Shown here in pieces: positions 49,807 through 60,369 of a DNA stretch of 64,000 nt (positions are counted from its first letter, which is position 1; each line of letters starts with the position of its first letter). Origin of the DNA: an uncultured delta proteobacterium (GTDB lineage: Bacteria; Desulfobacterota; RBG-13-43-22); the NCBI GenBank assembly GCA_963711835.1, contig CAVQFQ010000021.1, positions 128,001 through 192,000 of the forward strand, written 5' to 3'. The notes beneath the pieces are model-generated. The model was not told the origin of the DNA. It did no database searches and saw only the letters and a list, made by a program, of their open reading frames with translations. Made by a program: the position numbers and the translations under genes.

Positions 49807-50496
49807 CTACCTCCAACTCCCTTCCCGGATCAGAGGAGGGAGATTTTCAAAATCCTTTAAAGGGCATTCTCCGCAACGGGGATTGGTTTTTTTGCAAAAC
49901 TCTTTTCCCAGGCGGACCAGCAGGGCATGGTATTCATTGTAGAGTTGCGGGTCTTCGGGCAACCGGTCCATAAAATACGCCCGAAGTTCTTCATAACCCA
50001 CCTCCTCCGTGATCCACTGATGACGCGAGAAAATCCGGTAGGTATACGTATCCACCACAAAGGTAGGCATCCCCAGGGCATAGAGCAGGATGCTGTCGGC
50101 GGTTTCAGGCCCGATGCCCTTGATCATCAGCAGTTGCTCCCGCAACAGGTCCAGGGGCTGCCGTCGCATGTCTTCAATCCGGCCCTGATAGACGGAGGCC
50201 AGAAAGGTAAAATAAGCCTTCAGACGTTTGGCCTTGACCCGGTAGTACCCGGCCGACCGAATCCACTCCGCCAGGGACCCCTCATCCACCTGATGAAGCA
50301 GGGAAACGGAAAGGGCTTTTTCTTTTTTTAACCGTTCCAGAGCCCGCTGCACATTAGCCCAGGCGGTGTTTTGGGTCAGGATGGCCCCGACCATGATTTC
50401 CAAAGGGCTGTCGCCGGGCCACCAGTGACTGGGACCCAACTGCTCTAATAAGCGATTGTAAATAGTCAAAGGCGGCGAGTTCTTTTTAGTCTTCAT
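49807..50496 (-). CDS. Endonuclease III-related HhH-GPD protein
   Basis: GAILTQNTAW, KGIGPETADSILLY and C…C..C motifs. Confidence 0.9.
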   Translation of the reverse strand: MKTKKNSPPLTIYNRLLEQLGPSHWWPGDSPLEIMVGAILTQNTAWANVQRALERLKKEKALSVSLLHQVDEGSLAEWIRSAGYYRVKAKRLKAYFTFLASVYQGRIEDMRRQPLDLLREQLLMIKGIGPETADSILLYALGMPTFVVDTYTYRIFSRHQWITEEVGYEELRAYFMDRLPEDPQLYNEYHALLVRLGKEFCKKTNPRCGECPLKDFENLPPLIREGSWR

Positions 50497-50643
50497 GAAA
50501 AAAAGTATAGCAAAGCCGTCCCCTTCGGACAAGAGCAAATAGCCCCCTCCTTCTTTCCGGTGCCGGATCCTCCGCTTTTCCCCTCTTGACGAACCCGTCA
50601 AAATAGCCTAAAGTTCGGCTGTTTTTAGGAGAAACGGGAAGCC

Positions 50644-52710
50644 ATGGCAGGAGAAGCACGACTTCGCAAAACCAGGAACATCGGCATCATGGCCCATATT
50701 GATGCCGGCAAGACCACCCTGACGGAACGGATTCTGTATTATACCGGCCGCTCCCACAAGATGGGGGAAGTCCACGACGGAGAAGCGGTCATGGACTGGA
50801 TGCCGGAAGAACAGGAGCGGGGGATCACCATCACCTCGGCCGTTACTACCTGCCAGTGGCTGCAGCACACCATCAACATCATCGACACTCCTGGGCACGT
50901 GGATTTTACGATCGAGGTCGAAAGGTCCCTGCGTATCCTGGATGGGGTGGTGGCGGTATTCGACGCCGTAGGGGGTGTGGAACCGCAATCGGAAACAGTC
51001 TGGCACCAGGCCGACAAATACCATGTGCCTAAAATGGCCTTTGTCAACAAGATGGATCGCATCGGAGCCGATTTTAAGAATACCGTTGAACAGATCCGTG
51101 AAAAATTAGGGGCCCGCCCCCTGATTATTCATTTGCCCTGGGGCAAGGAAGACGGCTTTAAGGGCAGCATTGATCTGCTGAACATGAAGGCTGTTCAGTG
51201 GCGGGAAGAGACCCTGGGTATGGAATACCAAGACCTGGATATCCCGGAATCGATGCTCGAGGAAGCCCTGCTGCAGCGTGAGGCCTTACTGGAAACCCTC
51301 TCCGATCTGGATGACACGGTCCTGGACCGCTACTTGGGAGGTCAGGACATCCCCGCTTCGGAACTGATCCCGGTCATCCGCCGGGGGACCATTGATCTCA
51401 AGATCGTCCCTATTTTCTGCGGTGCCGCCTTGCGAAATAAGGGGGTTCAGCCCCTGTTGGATGGTATCGTCAACTTCCTCCCCACCCCCATGGATATCCC
51501 GCCGGTCAGCGGCCACAACCCCCTGAGCGGCCAGATGGAAAACCGCCCGGCCCGCGATGACGCTCCCTTTTCGGGCCTGGCCTTCAAAATCAGTATGGAT
51601 CAGGGCCGGAAGCTGACCTATCTCCGCATCTATTCCGGCTCGGTTTCGGTTGGGCAGGAAGTTTTGAACCCAACTAAAAATATTCGGGAACGGGTCGCCC
51701 GCATCCTGCGCATGCATGCCAACAAACGGGAGCGGCTGGAGCAGGCCCGGGCCGGAGAGATTGTGGGACTCATGGGCTTGAAGAGCACCGGCACCGGCGA
51801 CAGCCTGACCGACCCCGACCACCCCGTCATCCTGGAAGCGATCGAGGTCTATCAGCCGGTTATTTCCCTGGCCATCGAACCCAAGACCGTAGGCCAGCAG
51901 GAAAAAATTAACGGTGTTCTGGAAAAGATTTCCGAGGAAGACCCGACCTTCCAGTTCCGCTACGATGAAGACTCCGGACAGACCATCATTTCCGGGATGG
52001 GGGAGTTGCATCTTGATGTTCTGCTGCACCGGATGGAAAGGGAATATCATCTTTCGGTGAGTACCGGTAAGCCTCAGGTGGTCTATCAAGAGACGATCGA
52101 ACAGGCCGGAGAAATCGAAGAAACCTTTGATCGGGAATTGGGAGGGATCCGGCATCAAGCCCGGGTCAGACTCCGTCTCCTCCCCAACAAACCGGGAGAA
52201 GGGAATCTCTTCCTTAACCTTATCCCCGAAGACACTCTGCCCAGGCCTCCGCTGGAGGCCATTGAATCGGCCATCCACGAATCCTTCACCTCCGGTGTCC
52301 TGGCCGGTTATCCGGTAACGGATGTCAAGGTCATTCTGGAGGCTGCCCAGAGCATGGAGAGCCAATTCTCGGAAATGGCCTTCCGGGTAGCCGCGGCCAT
52401 GGCCTTCCGCAACGGCTGCCTGCGGGCCTCTCCGGTCCTGTTGGAACCGATCATGAAATTGGAGATCATTGTGCCCGATGAATTCCTGGGCGAAATCATC
52501 GGGGATATCAATGCCCGCAAGGGGAAAATCGAACAGATTCTTTCCCGGAAGAAGGTCCAGCAGATCCAGGCCCTGGCCCCCCTGTCCCAGTTGTTCGGCT
52601 ACTCTACGGCCCTTCGCTCCGCCAGCCAGGGCCGGGCCACCTTTACCATGCAGTTTGCCCGCTACAGCAAGGTGGCCGGTCCGTCCGATCAAGGTCTTTC
52701 CAGACGCTGA
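50644..52710 (+). CDS. fusA: Elongation factor G (stand-alone paralogue)
   Basis: [26 protein letters not shown] and GMGELHL motifs; not in an rpsL-rpsG operon. Confidence 0.95.
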   Translation: MAGEARLRKTRNIGIMAHIDAGKTTLTERILYYTGRSHKMGEVHDGEAVMDWMPEEQERGITITSAVTTCQWLQHTINIIDTPGHVDFTIEVERSLRILDGVVAVFDAVGGVEPQSETVWHQADKYHVPKMAFVNKMDRIGADFKNTVEQIREKLGARPLIIHLPWGKEDGFKGSIDLLNMKAVQWREETLGMEYQDLDIPESMLEEALLQREALLETLSDLDDTVLDRYLGGQDIPASELIPVIRRGTIDLKIVPIFCGAALRNKGVQPLLDGIVNFLPTPMDIPPVSGHNPLSGQMENRPARDDAPFSGLAFKISMDQGRKLTYLRIYSGSVSVGQEVLNPTKNIRERVARILRMHANKRERLEQARAGEIVGLMGLKSTGTGDSLTDPDHPVILEAIEVYQPVISLAIEPKTVGQQEKINGVLEKISEEDPTFQFRYDEDSGQTIISGMGELHLDVLLHRMEREYHLSVSTGKPQVVYQETIEQAGEIEETFDRELGGIRHQARVRLRLLPNKPGEGNLFLNLIPEDTLPRPPLEAIESAIHESFTSGVLAGYPVTDVKVILEAAQSMESQFSEMAFRVAAAMAFRNGCLRASPVLLEPIMKLEIIVPDEFLGEIIGDINARKGKIEQILSRKKVQQIQALAPLSQLFGYSTALRSASQGRATFTMQFARYSKVAGPSDQGLSRR

Positions 52711-52934
52711 CCGCGTTTTTCTTCATCCTCCACAAACACCAATCCCGGTCCCCAGTCAGGCAATAATGGGTCAATGCCAAAATGTTTGAACGATACCAGA
52801 GGATTATTTTTGGATTGCTTTTTCCATCGGATAAAATAAGATTAACCTTCAGGAAGGATTATTGAGTCGGTCCATCCTCAGGGAACATCAGGGAAGGGGA
52901 ACAGGGTCGGGGGAAAACGGCCCCATCGGTCTGC

Positions 52935-53891
52935 TTGAGGAGGAATAAGGCCATAAAAGAGAGCCAGTATAAGCGTCTGGCCACAGCAGGGATGACGGTT
53001 TTGGGGGTGTTGCTTTCCTGTTTACTCCCGGCCCCGGGACAGCCCTTTACGGTCGATGCCTATTACGCGGGCAGCTACTCGGCGCGCAGCCTTGGTTCGG
53101 TAACCAATCTTCCCCCCCTATATGGCGGGCTGACCTTCAAATACAATGACCCGAACACCATCATCATCGGGGGAGATGCCACTTCCGCCAACGGCAAACT
53201 CTATGCCGTGGGCGTCGTCCGCGGTGCCGGGAACCATATCACCGGCTTTTCCGGATCGCCCTTCCTTTTTGCCGACGGGGCCTATAATGACGGCGGGGTC
53301 GTCTACGGTCCCAATAACGTCCTTTTCCTGGCCCGCTGGCCGGTAAACCAATTGGGCCAGACCAAACCCGGCAGCACTATCACAGACAAGACCATCGAAT
53401 TAGGTCCATTGGGGGTGAATCCATCTCCGGGAGGGCTTAATTTCGTTCCGGCCGGATTACCGGGTGCCGGTCAGTTAAAGGTGGTTTCCTACGACGACAA
53501 CCGCTGGTATACCCTGGGTTATGCACCGGATGGATCGGGGACCTATAACATCACCTCAGCCACCTTTCAGGTTACTATTTCAGGCGGGCCGGAAGGAATA
53601 TTCTATGTTCCCACCGGCTCCCCTCTTTTTACGGTGCCGAGTGTCCTGGTTTCGGAATACTCCATTGGCAGTATCGGGGCCTATGAAATTAATTCCAACG
53701 GGGATCCTATTCCGGGAACCCGCCGCGATTTCATTACCGACTTAGAGGGAGCCGAGGGCGCGGCCATCGATCCTTTGACCGGGGATTTTCTTTTTTCAAC
53801 TTTTGGAGAAAGCAATCAAATCATCATTGTCCAGGGCTTCAAAAAACCGTTAAAAAATCGCCTGTTTTTACCGACGCTGTTTAAACCCTGA
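52935..53891 (+). CDS. Secreted beta-rich hypothetical protein
   Basis: Signal-like N-terminus (likely start 52992), Gly/Pro/Thr-rich body, C-terminal LFLPTLFK. Confidence 0.75.
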   Translation: MRRNKAIKESQYKRLATAGMTVLGVLLSCLLPAPGQPFTVDAYYAGSYSARSLGSVTNLPPLYGGLTFKYNDPNTIIIGGDATSANGKLYAVGVVRGAGNHITGFSGSPFLFADGAYNDGGVVYGPNNVLFLARWPVNQLGQTKPGSTITDKTIELGPLGVNPSPGGLNFVPAGLPGAGQLKVVSYDDNRWYTLGYAPDGSGTYNITSATFQVTISGGPEGIFYVPTGSPLFTVPSVLVSEYSIGSIGAYEINSNGDPIPGTRRDFITDLEGAEGAAIDPLTGDFLFSTFGESNQIIIVQGFKKPLKNRLFLPTLFKP

Positions 53892-53896
53892 CCAAA

Positions 53897-54065
53897 GAGA
53901 CTTTTGCAAAAGTCCAGTGATGTCATTCCGGCGAAAGCCGGAATCCAGTCTTTTCCATGCATTCTGGACACCGGCGCCTGCCCTGGATCCCGGATCGGGG
54001 TCCGGGACAGGCTCTGATCCGGGGTTCGCCGGTGTGACGAAATTTTAGAGATTTGCAAGAACCTC
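53897..54065. mobile_element. MITE-like element containing a REP-like palindrome
   Basis: Imperfect terminal IRs GAGACTTTTGCAAA/TTTGCAAGAACCTC and internal GTCATTCCGGCGAAAGCCGGAATCCAG. Confidence 0.6.
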
Positions 54066-54124
54066 CAAAGTTATTTGAAATTTTCCCTCTCCGGCAACAC
54101 CGCAGGGCATTGCGGTCTTCCAAA

Positions 54125-55810
54125 TCATCCCCTGGTTAAATGCCGGTATTTGATGCGGTGGGGTTGTGAGGCAGCAGACCCCAGGCGGGCTTTGCGATCG
54201 GCCTCGTACTCCGAATAGTTGCCCTCAAACCAGAGGACCTTGCTCTCCCCTTCAAAGGCCAGGATGTGGGTCACGATGCGATCCAGAAACCAGCGGTCAT
54301 GGCTGATAATAAGGGCACACCCGCCGAAATTCTCCAAGGCTTCCTCCAGGGCCCTCATGGTATTTACATCCAGGTCGTTGGTCGGTTCATCCAGAAGCAG
54401 CACATTGGCCCCTTCCTTGAGCATCCGCGCCAGATGAACCCGGTTTCGTTCTCCACCGGAAAGGAGGCCCACTTTTTTCTGCTGGTCGCTGCCGGAAAAA
54501 TTAAAGCGGGCCACATAGGCCCTGGAATTGACCTCTCTGGTCCCCAACGCAATGAGGTCCTGACCTCCTGAGATCATTTCCCAAATCGTTTTTTCCGGAT
54601 CGAGCACTTCTCGGCTTTGATCGACATAAGCGAGCTTAACTGTTTCACCCATTCGCAAGGTGCCGGTGTCCGGTTTTTCCTGGCCGGTAATCATTCGAAA
54701 AAGCGTGGTCTTACCGGCACCGTTGGGGCCGATAACCCCCACGATTCCGCCGGGCGGGATGCTGAAGGAGACATCTTCCAGCAACAGGTTGTCGCCGTAA
54801 GCCTTGCTGAGATGTTCGCCCTGAATGACCAGGTTCCCCAGCCTGGGGCCGGGAGGAATATAAATTTCGAGGTCTTTTTCCCTTTTTTCGCTTTCCTGGC
54901 TGACCAGGGCCTCATAGGAATGAAGGCGCGCCTTGGCCTTGGTATGGCGGCCCTTAGGAGACATCCGGATCCATTCCAATTCCCGCTGCAGGGTCCTTTG
55001 CCGTTTACTTTCACCCTTTTCCTCCAGGCGCAGCCGGTTCTGTTTTTGTTCCAGCCAGGAGGAGTAGTTGCCCTTCCAGGGGATGCCCTCTCCCCGATCC
55101 AGCTCCAGGATCCAGCCGGCCACGTTATCCAGGAAATAACGGTCGTGGGTCACGGCAATAACGGTTCCGGCATAGCGCTGTAAATGGTTTTCCAACCAGG
55201 CTACCGATTCGGCGTCGAGATGATTCGTGGGCTCATCCAGGAGAAGGATGTCGGGCTTTTGAAGCAGGAGCCGGCAGAGGGCCACCCGCCGTCTTTCCCC
55301 GCCCGAAAGAATGGTGACCGGGGTATCGCCGGAAGGGCAGCGCAGGGCCTCCATGGCCATATCCAGTCTGGAATCCAATTCCCAGGCCTCGGCCGCATCC
55401 AGTTTCTCCTGCACCTGGGATTGGCGCTCCAGGAGCTTATCCATCTCCTGGTCCGACATGGGCTCGGCAAAACGCTCATTGATGCGGTTAAACTCATTGA
55501 GCAGGTCCACCACCGGCTGGACCCCTTGTTCCACGATCTCTTTCACGGTCTTGGTTTCATCCAGATGGGGCTCCTGCTCCAGCAACCCCACCGAATAGCC
55601 CGGAGAAAGAATGGTCTGGCCGTTGAACTCCGAATCCACCCCGGCCAGGATCCGAAGCAGGGAGCTTTTCCCGGATCCGTTAAGCCCCAGCACCCCTATC
55701 TTGGCCCCGTAAAAATAGGACAGGGAGATGTCCTTCAGGATCGGCTTCTTGTCATAATATTTGCTTACCCGGATCATGGTATAGATAACTTTATTCGGTT
55801 CCGCACCCAT
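54125..55810 (-). CDS. ettA: Energy-dependent translational throttle protein (ABC-F)
   Basis: Two ABC domains; GAKIGVLGLNGSGKS and GIPWKGNYSSWLEQK motifs. Confidence 0.95.
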   Translation of the reverse strand: MGAEPNKVIYTMIRVSKYYDKKPILKDISLSYFYGAKIGVLGLNGSGKSSLLRILAGVDSEFNGQTILSPGYSVGLLEQEPHLDETKTVKEIVEQGVQPVVDLLNEFNRINERFAEPMSDQEMDKLLERQSQVQEKLDAAEAWELDSRLDMAMEALRCPSGDTPVTILSGGERRRVALCRLLLQKPDILLLDEPTNHLDAESVAWLENHLQRYAGTVIAVTHDRYFLDNVAGWILELDRGEGIPWKGNYSSWLEQKQNRLRLEEKGESKRQRTLQRELEWIRMSPKGRHTKAKARLHSYEALVSQESEKREKDLEIYIPPGPRLGNLVIQGEHLSKAYGDNLLLEDVSFSIPPGGIVGVIGPNGAGKTTLFRMITGQEKPDTGTLRMGETVKLAYVDQSREVLDPEKTIWEMISGGQDLIALGTREVNSRAYVARFNFSGSDQQKKVGLLSGGERNRVHLARMLKEGANVLLLDEPTNDLDVNTMRALEEALENFGGCALIISHDRWFLDRIVTHILAFEGESKVLWFEGNYSEYEADRKARLGSAASQPHRIKYRHLTRG

Positions 55811-55966
55811 CCGCTTTTAACCCTTCTGGTTCCTTTTCAGGCCTGAGCCAACTGCCCCGGCCAAAATTCGAGGACCCATTTATTTTATTTGCAGGGAAAT
55901 AGATTTTATAGGAAAATACGATTAAGATCAGGTTCAGCCAGCTTTAAAGGTCAGGAAGCGACGCCC

Positions 55967-56491
55967 ATGCAACCACACCCAATCGCCGAAGAAACGACCC
56001 CCGGGATACCGGGACCCAGTCTGGAGATTTCCGTACAGGCAGTCCCTTCCACCCTTCAGCTAACCGGGGGTCAGGTGATTCCTTTCAGGAGGGCCATGCT
56101 TATAATGCGCAATACCGACCAATTGACCTTAAACGGATTTGTTCCCCACGCCACCATAGCCCAGGAAGGCGGATCAATCCAGGATGGAACCGAGGCTCTT
56201 TCCCGATCTAATCCGCTGGGTGTCCTACCGGCCGGAGGAACCCTGGCCTGGGATGTGTACGAACTGCTGATCTCGGTCAACCCAGGGGTAGCCAGCAAGG
56301 TTCACCTTTTCGGTCACAAAGCGGTCCTGAACTGGTGGTATGATCTGACTGCCTGGGCCGAGGTCCTGATCTCAGGGGAATCCACCTCGATTCAAACGCC
56401 GATCTATCAATGGAAATTGCGCTGGAGCCAGGCGAGGAATCCTAAGGATGGGATTGAGCTGTCCCTTGACCCTGGTGGGGCAAAAAAATAA
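55967..56491 (+). CDS. Hypothetical protein
   Basis: ORF fills the intergenic space; no motif recognised. Confidence 0.6.
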   Translation: MQPHPIAEETTPGIPGPSLEISVQAVPSTLQLTGGQVIPFRRAMLIMRNTDQLTLNGFVPHATIAQEGGSIQDGTEALSRSNPLGVLPAGGTLAWDVYELLISVNPGVASKVHLFGHKAVLNWWYDLTAWAEVLISGESTSIQTPIYQWKLRWSQARNPKDGIELSLDPGGAKK

Positions 56492-56501
56492 GGCCGGAAT
56501 A

Positions 56502-56756
56502 TTAGTGCCGGTGGCCGCAACAACTTCCCGGTCCGGCGCAGCCGGCGGCCTGAGCGGGGGTTGAACCGCAGCAAGCCGTGTCCCCCGGTCCCGGCAGGCT
56601 GTTTCGGGATACCCCGGAAAGAGAAGAAGGAGCCGAAAGCAGGCGCTTCAATTTCCGGCTTCCACAAGCGCTGCAGGCCGGGGCTTCGCCTGCGCCGGTC
56701 AACAGAGTTTCGCTCACCTGGCCGCATTCCAGGCATAAAAAATCAAACAGGGGCAT
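56502..56756 (-). CDS. FmdB-family zinc-ribbon protein
   Basis: MPLFDFLCLECG…CSACGS and Cys-rich tail. Confidence 0.85.
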   Translation of the reverse strand: MPLFDFLCLECGQVSETLLTGAGEAPACSACGSRKLKRLLSAPSSLSGVSRNSLPGPGDTACCGSTPAQAAGCAGPGSCCGHRH

Positions 56757-56775
56757 TTTTTATTCTCCTTCCCGA

Positions 56776-57219
56776 TTAAGCCTTTTCATTTTTTTCTTGA
56801 TATTCCCCGATGGCCTTCTCAAGGGTCTTGACCGCCAATCGGATACAGTGCTGTTTTTGATCAGGGATCTGGACCAGCTCCCTGAAAACATCCCCGTCCT
56901 TGACTTGAAGGGCACCAACCAAGTCTTTCCCTTTGACCAAATCGGCCAGGGCCATGGCGGCCGAAATAGCCCCCGGGCAACCCAGCACCTGATACCTGAC
57001 ATCTCGGATCGTCATCGTCCCTTGGTCAACTTTCAAATAGCATTTCATCGTGTCCCCGCAAGGGCCGGTCATTTCCGTTACCAGATCGGCATCAGCCAGC
57101 GGCCCCTGATTGGGTTTGGTCAGGTAATATTCAATGGCCTTTTCTCCATAACCCGAACTTAAAAGCATCTCCCGAATCCCGGTCAGCTCATTTATATTCG
57201 GCCTTAACTCCTGCTCCAT
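56776..57219 (-). CDS. NifU/IscU-like Fe-S scaffold
   Basis: GPCGD, GC and KQHC cysteines. Confidence 0.85.
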   Translation of the reverse strand: MEQELRPNINELTGIREMLLSSGYGEKAIEYYLTKPNQGPLADADLVTEMTGPCGDTMKCYLKVDQGTMTIRDVRYQVLGCPGAISAAMALADLVKGKDLVGALQVKDGDVFRELVQIPDQKQHCIRLAVKTLEKAIGEYQEKNEKA

Positions 57220-57233
57220 GTTCAACTTCCTCT

Positions 57234-57614
57234 TTAGTGATGGCAGCCCGTACCGCCCTGGTGGCCCGCACAAGTCATATTTGCTGCGAATTCAGGCAGT
57301 TTACCGGAGTTCAGAAGCTCCAGGTTTTCCTGTACATTGCCTTCTACCGCCCTGAAAACCCGTATTCCCAGACCTTGCAGTTTCATGAGGGCCCCCGCTC
57401 CGATCCCGCCGACTACTACCAGATCCACCGGTGTTCCACCCAAAGCCTTGATCGGTTGACACTGGCCGTGGACGTGGTGGGCGTCCGTATTCCCTATGGA
57501 CTGAAAGGCTCCGTTGGTACTGTCCAAAACCATAAAAAGCGGCGCCGAACCAAAATGACCATAAACAGGGCTTTCCAATCCCTGATCCTCCGTTACCGGA
57601 AAAGCAATTCGCAT
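57234..57614 (-). CDS. NifB/NifX-family cluster-binding protein
   Basis: RIAFP, HFGSAP and GGIGAGA motifs. Confidence 0.88.
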   Translation of the reverse strand: MRIAFPVTEDQGLESPVYGHFGSAPLFMVLDSTNGAFQSIGNTDAHHVHGQCQPIKALGGTPVDLVVVGGIGAGALMKLQGLGIRVFRAVEGNVQENLELLNSGKLPEFAANMTCAGHQGGTGCHH

Positions 57615-57727
57615 ACCTTTTATTCCTCCATCAGTTTAAATCTCCGGGCAATCACCTCACCCTTTGTGAGCGCATAATAAGACCAGTCGCGCATGAAGTC
57701 AAGGTTCTGTTTCGATGCCAAACAGCC

Positions 57728-59557
57728 TCAAAAACCCCGGCCCCCCGGACTCAGGGGGAACTTGACGATCATGGTAGTTGAATCCTTGCCCACCTTCACT
57801 TCGATTTTGCCTTTAAGCAAGCGAAGGATACGCTGGGTTATGGTGATCCCTCGACCCCGCCCTTCTCCCTCCAGAAGCCGCAGACGGTCCTCCTCGGAGA
57901 TCAGGCCGGTATTGGTAATCTCAGCGCAGGCCCAGGGGTTCTCGGCATAAGTCTGTACGGCCAGCTCCCCCCCCTTCAGAGGGATGGCCTTGGTGGCATT
58001 ATTAAGCAGGTTGTCCAGAATCCGTTCCAGATGTATGGGATAACAGCGTACCGGGAGAAAATCCTGGAAAGGTCCCTCCTGGATAGTCACATTGGCTTTG
58101 AGCATTTCCCGGATGGCCTCCTGGTTGATTGCAAAACGCTTTTTCAGGATCGCCGTCAAATTTACGATCTGCTCCTGGCCCGCCTGATGAATGCTTAAAG
58201 CCATCTCCTGCATCCGGCTGGTCTCATCCACCAGAATATCCAGGTAGGTTTTGATGGTGGATTTTCCTCTCAGCGTGGCTTCCTGTTCAAGCATGGTTTT
58301 CAGCCTTCTGGCAAAACCGGCAATTGCGATGGCCGGGTTCTTGAAGTCATGGAGGGTATCATCCAGCCGTTCCATTCTCTGGGCCTGCATGAGTTCCCGG
58401 CCCAAGAAAAGAAAGATCTCGATCTCCCACTCGCTATAGCCTTTTCTAAGGTCCAGGGCATCAAAGGTCATGAAGTGGGTAATCTCCTCACCGGCGTTCA
58501 GCGGTACATAGAGAATGGAGTTGATATTGTGATCGGCTGCAAATTTTTTCAGGTTCCCAGAGATCTTCTCACTCTTCCTCGGGTCGATGATCAGAACGTA
58601 AGAGGGGGTCACCACTTCATAGGGGGTTTCCTCCGGGTGGTTTTCTCGTTTTAAAAGGAGTTCAAAGGCCGGTTCGCTTTTCACCGGGAAACTCGTGCCG
58701 ATGCCGTGATACCCGGTTGTTTCCGGGTATCCGGCCTCAAGAACCACCTGTTCCGGGTCTTCGGAGACGGAAAAAAGGGCGCAGCTTTGGACATTGACAA
58801 TGTCGGCAATCTCAGGGATCACCCGGTTGAAGACCTCTTTCATCTTGACCCCGGCCCGGGAACCCATTTTCTGGAAAATCTTCTGAACAATGGCTTCTTT
58901 CTTCTCGTTGACCCGGTAAAGGGCCAGGATCTTCTTACGGGCCATGACGAAGCTGAGTCTTCGGGCCATGAGTTCCGCCATCTTGATTTCCAGAGGAGGG
59001 AAGGCCCGGTCTTCCTCGGGATAATAAATCTGGATTACGCCCACCGTTTCCCTTTCGTGGGGAAAGAAGCGGGGAATGGCGAAGGGAATGGCCATCAGGG
59101 AGTGGGCCCCTTTGCCTTCCACCACCCCCTTGTCCGAATAGCGCTCTTCCTTCAGGATGCTGGGTACAAGATGGGGCTTCTGAGTTTTGACCACATCCCC
59201 GGCTATGGTATTCTCCAGGGGGATGTAGGTTGCCCGAGAAGCCTCCTGAAAGGGATAAGATCCATAAGACAACATCTGGCCGGTATTCGGATCATAAATC
59301 CTGACCGAGGCGGACAGGGCCTTCAGGAACTCCACCATGGTTGTGGTTACCCTGGTCAGGATTTCCGGTTCGGATAGGTCCGGGTTGATTTCTATAATCT
59401 CCTCCACCTTGTGGGAGATTTCATCGAGGAAATCGGGTAGAAAAAAATTTTGCAGGGTTTGTGCCAGATGATTCCGGAATCCCTTACCCCGGTCTGGCCC
59501 AAACCAGGGTTCGCTTTCTATGCTTTCTATGAACTTTTCGATGGAACGCCAAATCAT
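57728..59557 (-). CDS. Cytoplasmic GAF-domain histidine kinase
   Basis: GAF-like domains, LHDFKNP H-box, NLLNNA N-box, atypical G boxes. Confidence 0.8.
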   Translation of the reverse strand: MIWRSIEKFIESIESEPWFGPDRGKGFRNHLAQTLQNFFLPDFLDEISHKVEEIIEINPDLSEPEILTRVTTTMVEFLKALSASVRIYDPNTGQMLSYGSYPFQEASRATYIPLENTIAGDVVKTQKPHLVPSILKEERYSDKGVVEGKGAHSLMAIPFAIPRFFPHERETVGVIQIYYPEEDRAFPPLEIKMAELMARRLSFVMARKKILALYRVNEKKEAIVQKIFQKMGSRAGVKMKEVFNRVIPEIADIVNVQSCALFSVSEDPEQVVLEAGYPETTGYHGIGTSFPVKSEPAFELLLKRENHPEETPYEVVTPSYVLIIDPRKSEKISGNLKKFAADHNINSILYVPLNAGEEITHFMTFDALDLRKGYSEWEIEIFLFLGRELMQAQRMERLDDTLHDFKNPAIAIAGFARRLKTMLEQEATLRGKSTIKTYLDILVDETSRMQEMALSIHQAGQEQIVNLTAILKKRFAINQEAIREMLKANVTIQEGPFQDFLPVRCYPIHLERILDNLLNNATKAIPLKGGELAVQTYAENPWACAEITNTGLISEEDRLRLLEGEGRGRGITITQRILRLLKGKIEVKVGKDSTTMIVKFPLSPGGRGF

Positions 59558-59891
59558 GTTACTATCCTAAAGTCTCATGGTCTTTCGGGGCCTTTTTATC
59601 GACCCCCCGCCTGGCAAGGTCAAAGGTCTGTCTCCAGTTCTATCTTTAATATACCCTATAACTGCGAACCAGGCTATTTTATTCTTGAACCTGGGTTATT
59701 AGGATCCGAACGTCTTTTGGTTCTTAGCTTACTTTTTCTGCCGAAAACCCGGCCGGAACAAGGGGTAAGGTCGAAGAGGAAGGCAGGCCAAATTGGAATG
59801 AACCCCTCCTTTTCCGAGTCTTCGACGATCCCTCCATTCCCGGTTGACTAAGTTATTTTTCTATTTTATAAATCGTTACCGATAAGAAGCC

Positions 59892-59921
59892 TTGACAGAA
59901 GTCTCGGACCTCCCCTATATT
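59892..59921 (+). promoter_or_regulatory. Candidate sigma70 promoter of the CoA-transferase operon
   Basis: TTGACA-18-TATATT. Confidence 0.5.
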
Positions 59922-60020
59922 GTAGCTATTTTACAGCTTCATATTTCTGAGTTTGAGATGCTCAGGATGAGGACCAAACTTTAACCCGATTTCCGATGCT
60001 CCTCTCCTTCCAAATCCTGT

Positions 60021-60340
60021 GGTATCGTTCAAAAGTTGTGGCATTATATTTCTGATAACCGTTGACTGAGGATCGGGGGTCTTGATTTCAAGGTTGTCCA
60101 CCATAAACTCCTCACCTTGAAATCCCGCTTTTAGCGGGACTGGAAGGATGACGATAATGCCTTAAGCAGGCCTTCACCAAAGCTATTTTTCCGGTTGGGT
60201 GAATGCCCGGCTCTAAACCAACCTTAGAGATTTGGGCCGGATTGGCGGGAAGGATCGCCCTTTGGACAATCCTTGAAATCAAGATCCCCGGTCCTCGGTC
60301 AGACAATAATGCGCTAATGCCAAAACTTTTGAACGACACT
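60021..60340 (+). repeat. Nested inverted-repeat element, copy B
   Basis: Outer IR TCGTTCAAAAGTTGTGGCATTA/TAATGCCAAAACTTTTGAACGA and inner IR GACTGAGGATCGGGGGTCTTGATTTCAAGG/CCTTGAAATCAAGATCCCCGGTCCTCGGTC. Confidence 0.85.
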
Positions 60341-60369
60341 GATTCTATCTTAAAGTTTAGGAGGCTTCC

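Noticed and set aside
51286-52692. 468-aa minus-strand ORF
   Set aside because: Antisense shadow of fusA.
56502-57614. Nitrogen fixation genes
   Set aside because: NifX-like and NifU-like small proteins are common in anaerobes, and no nifHDK is in the window.
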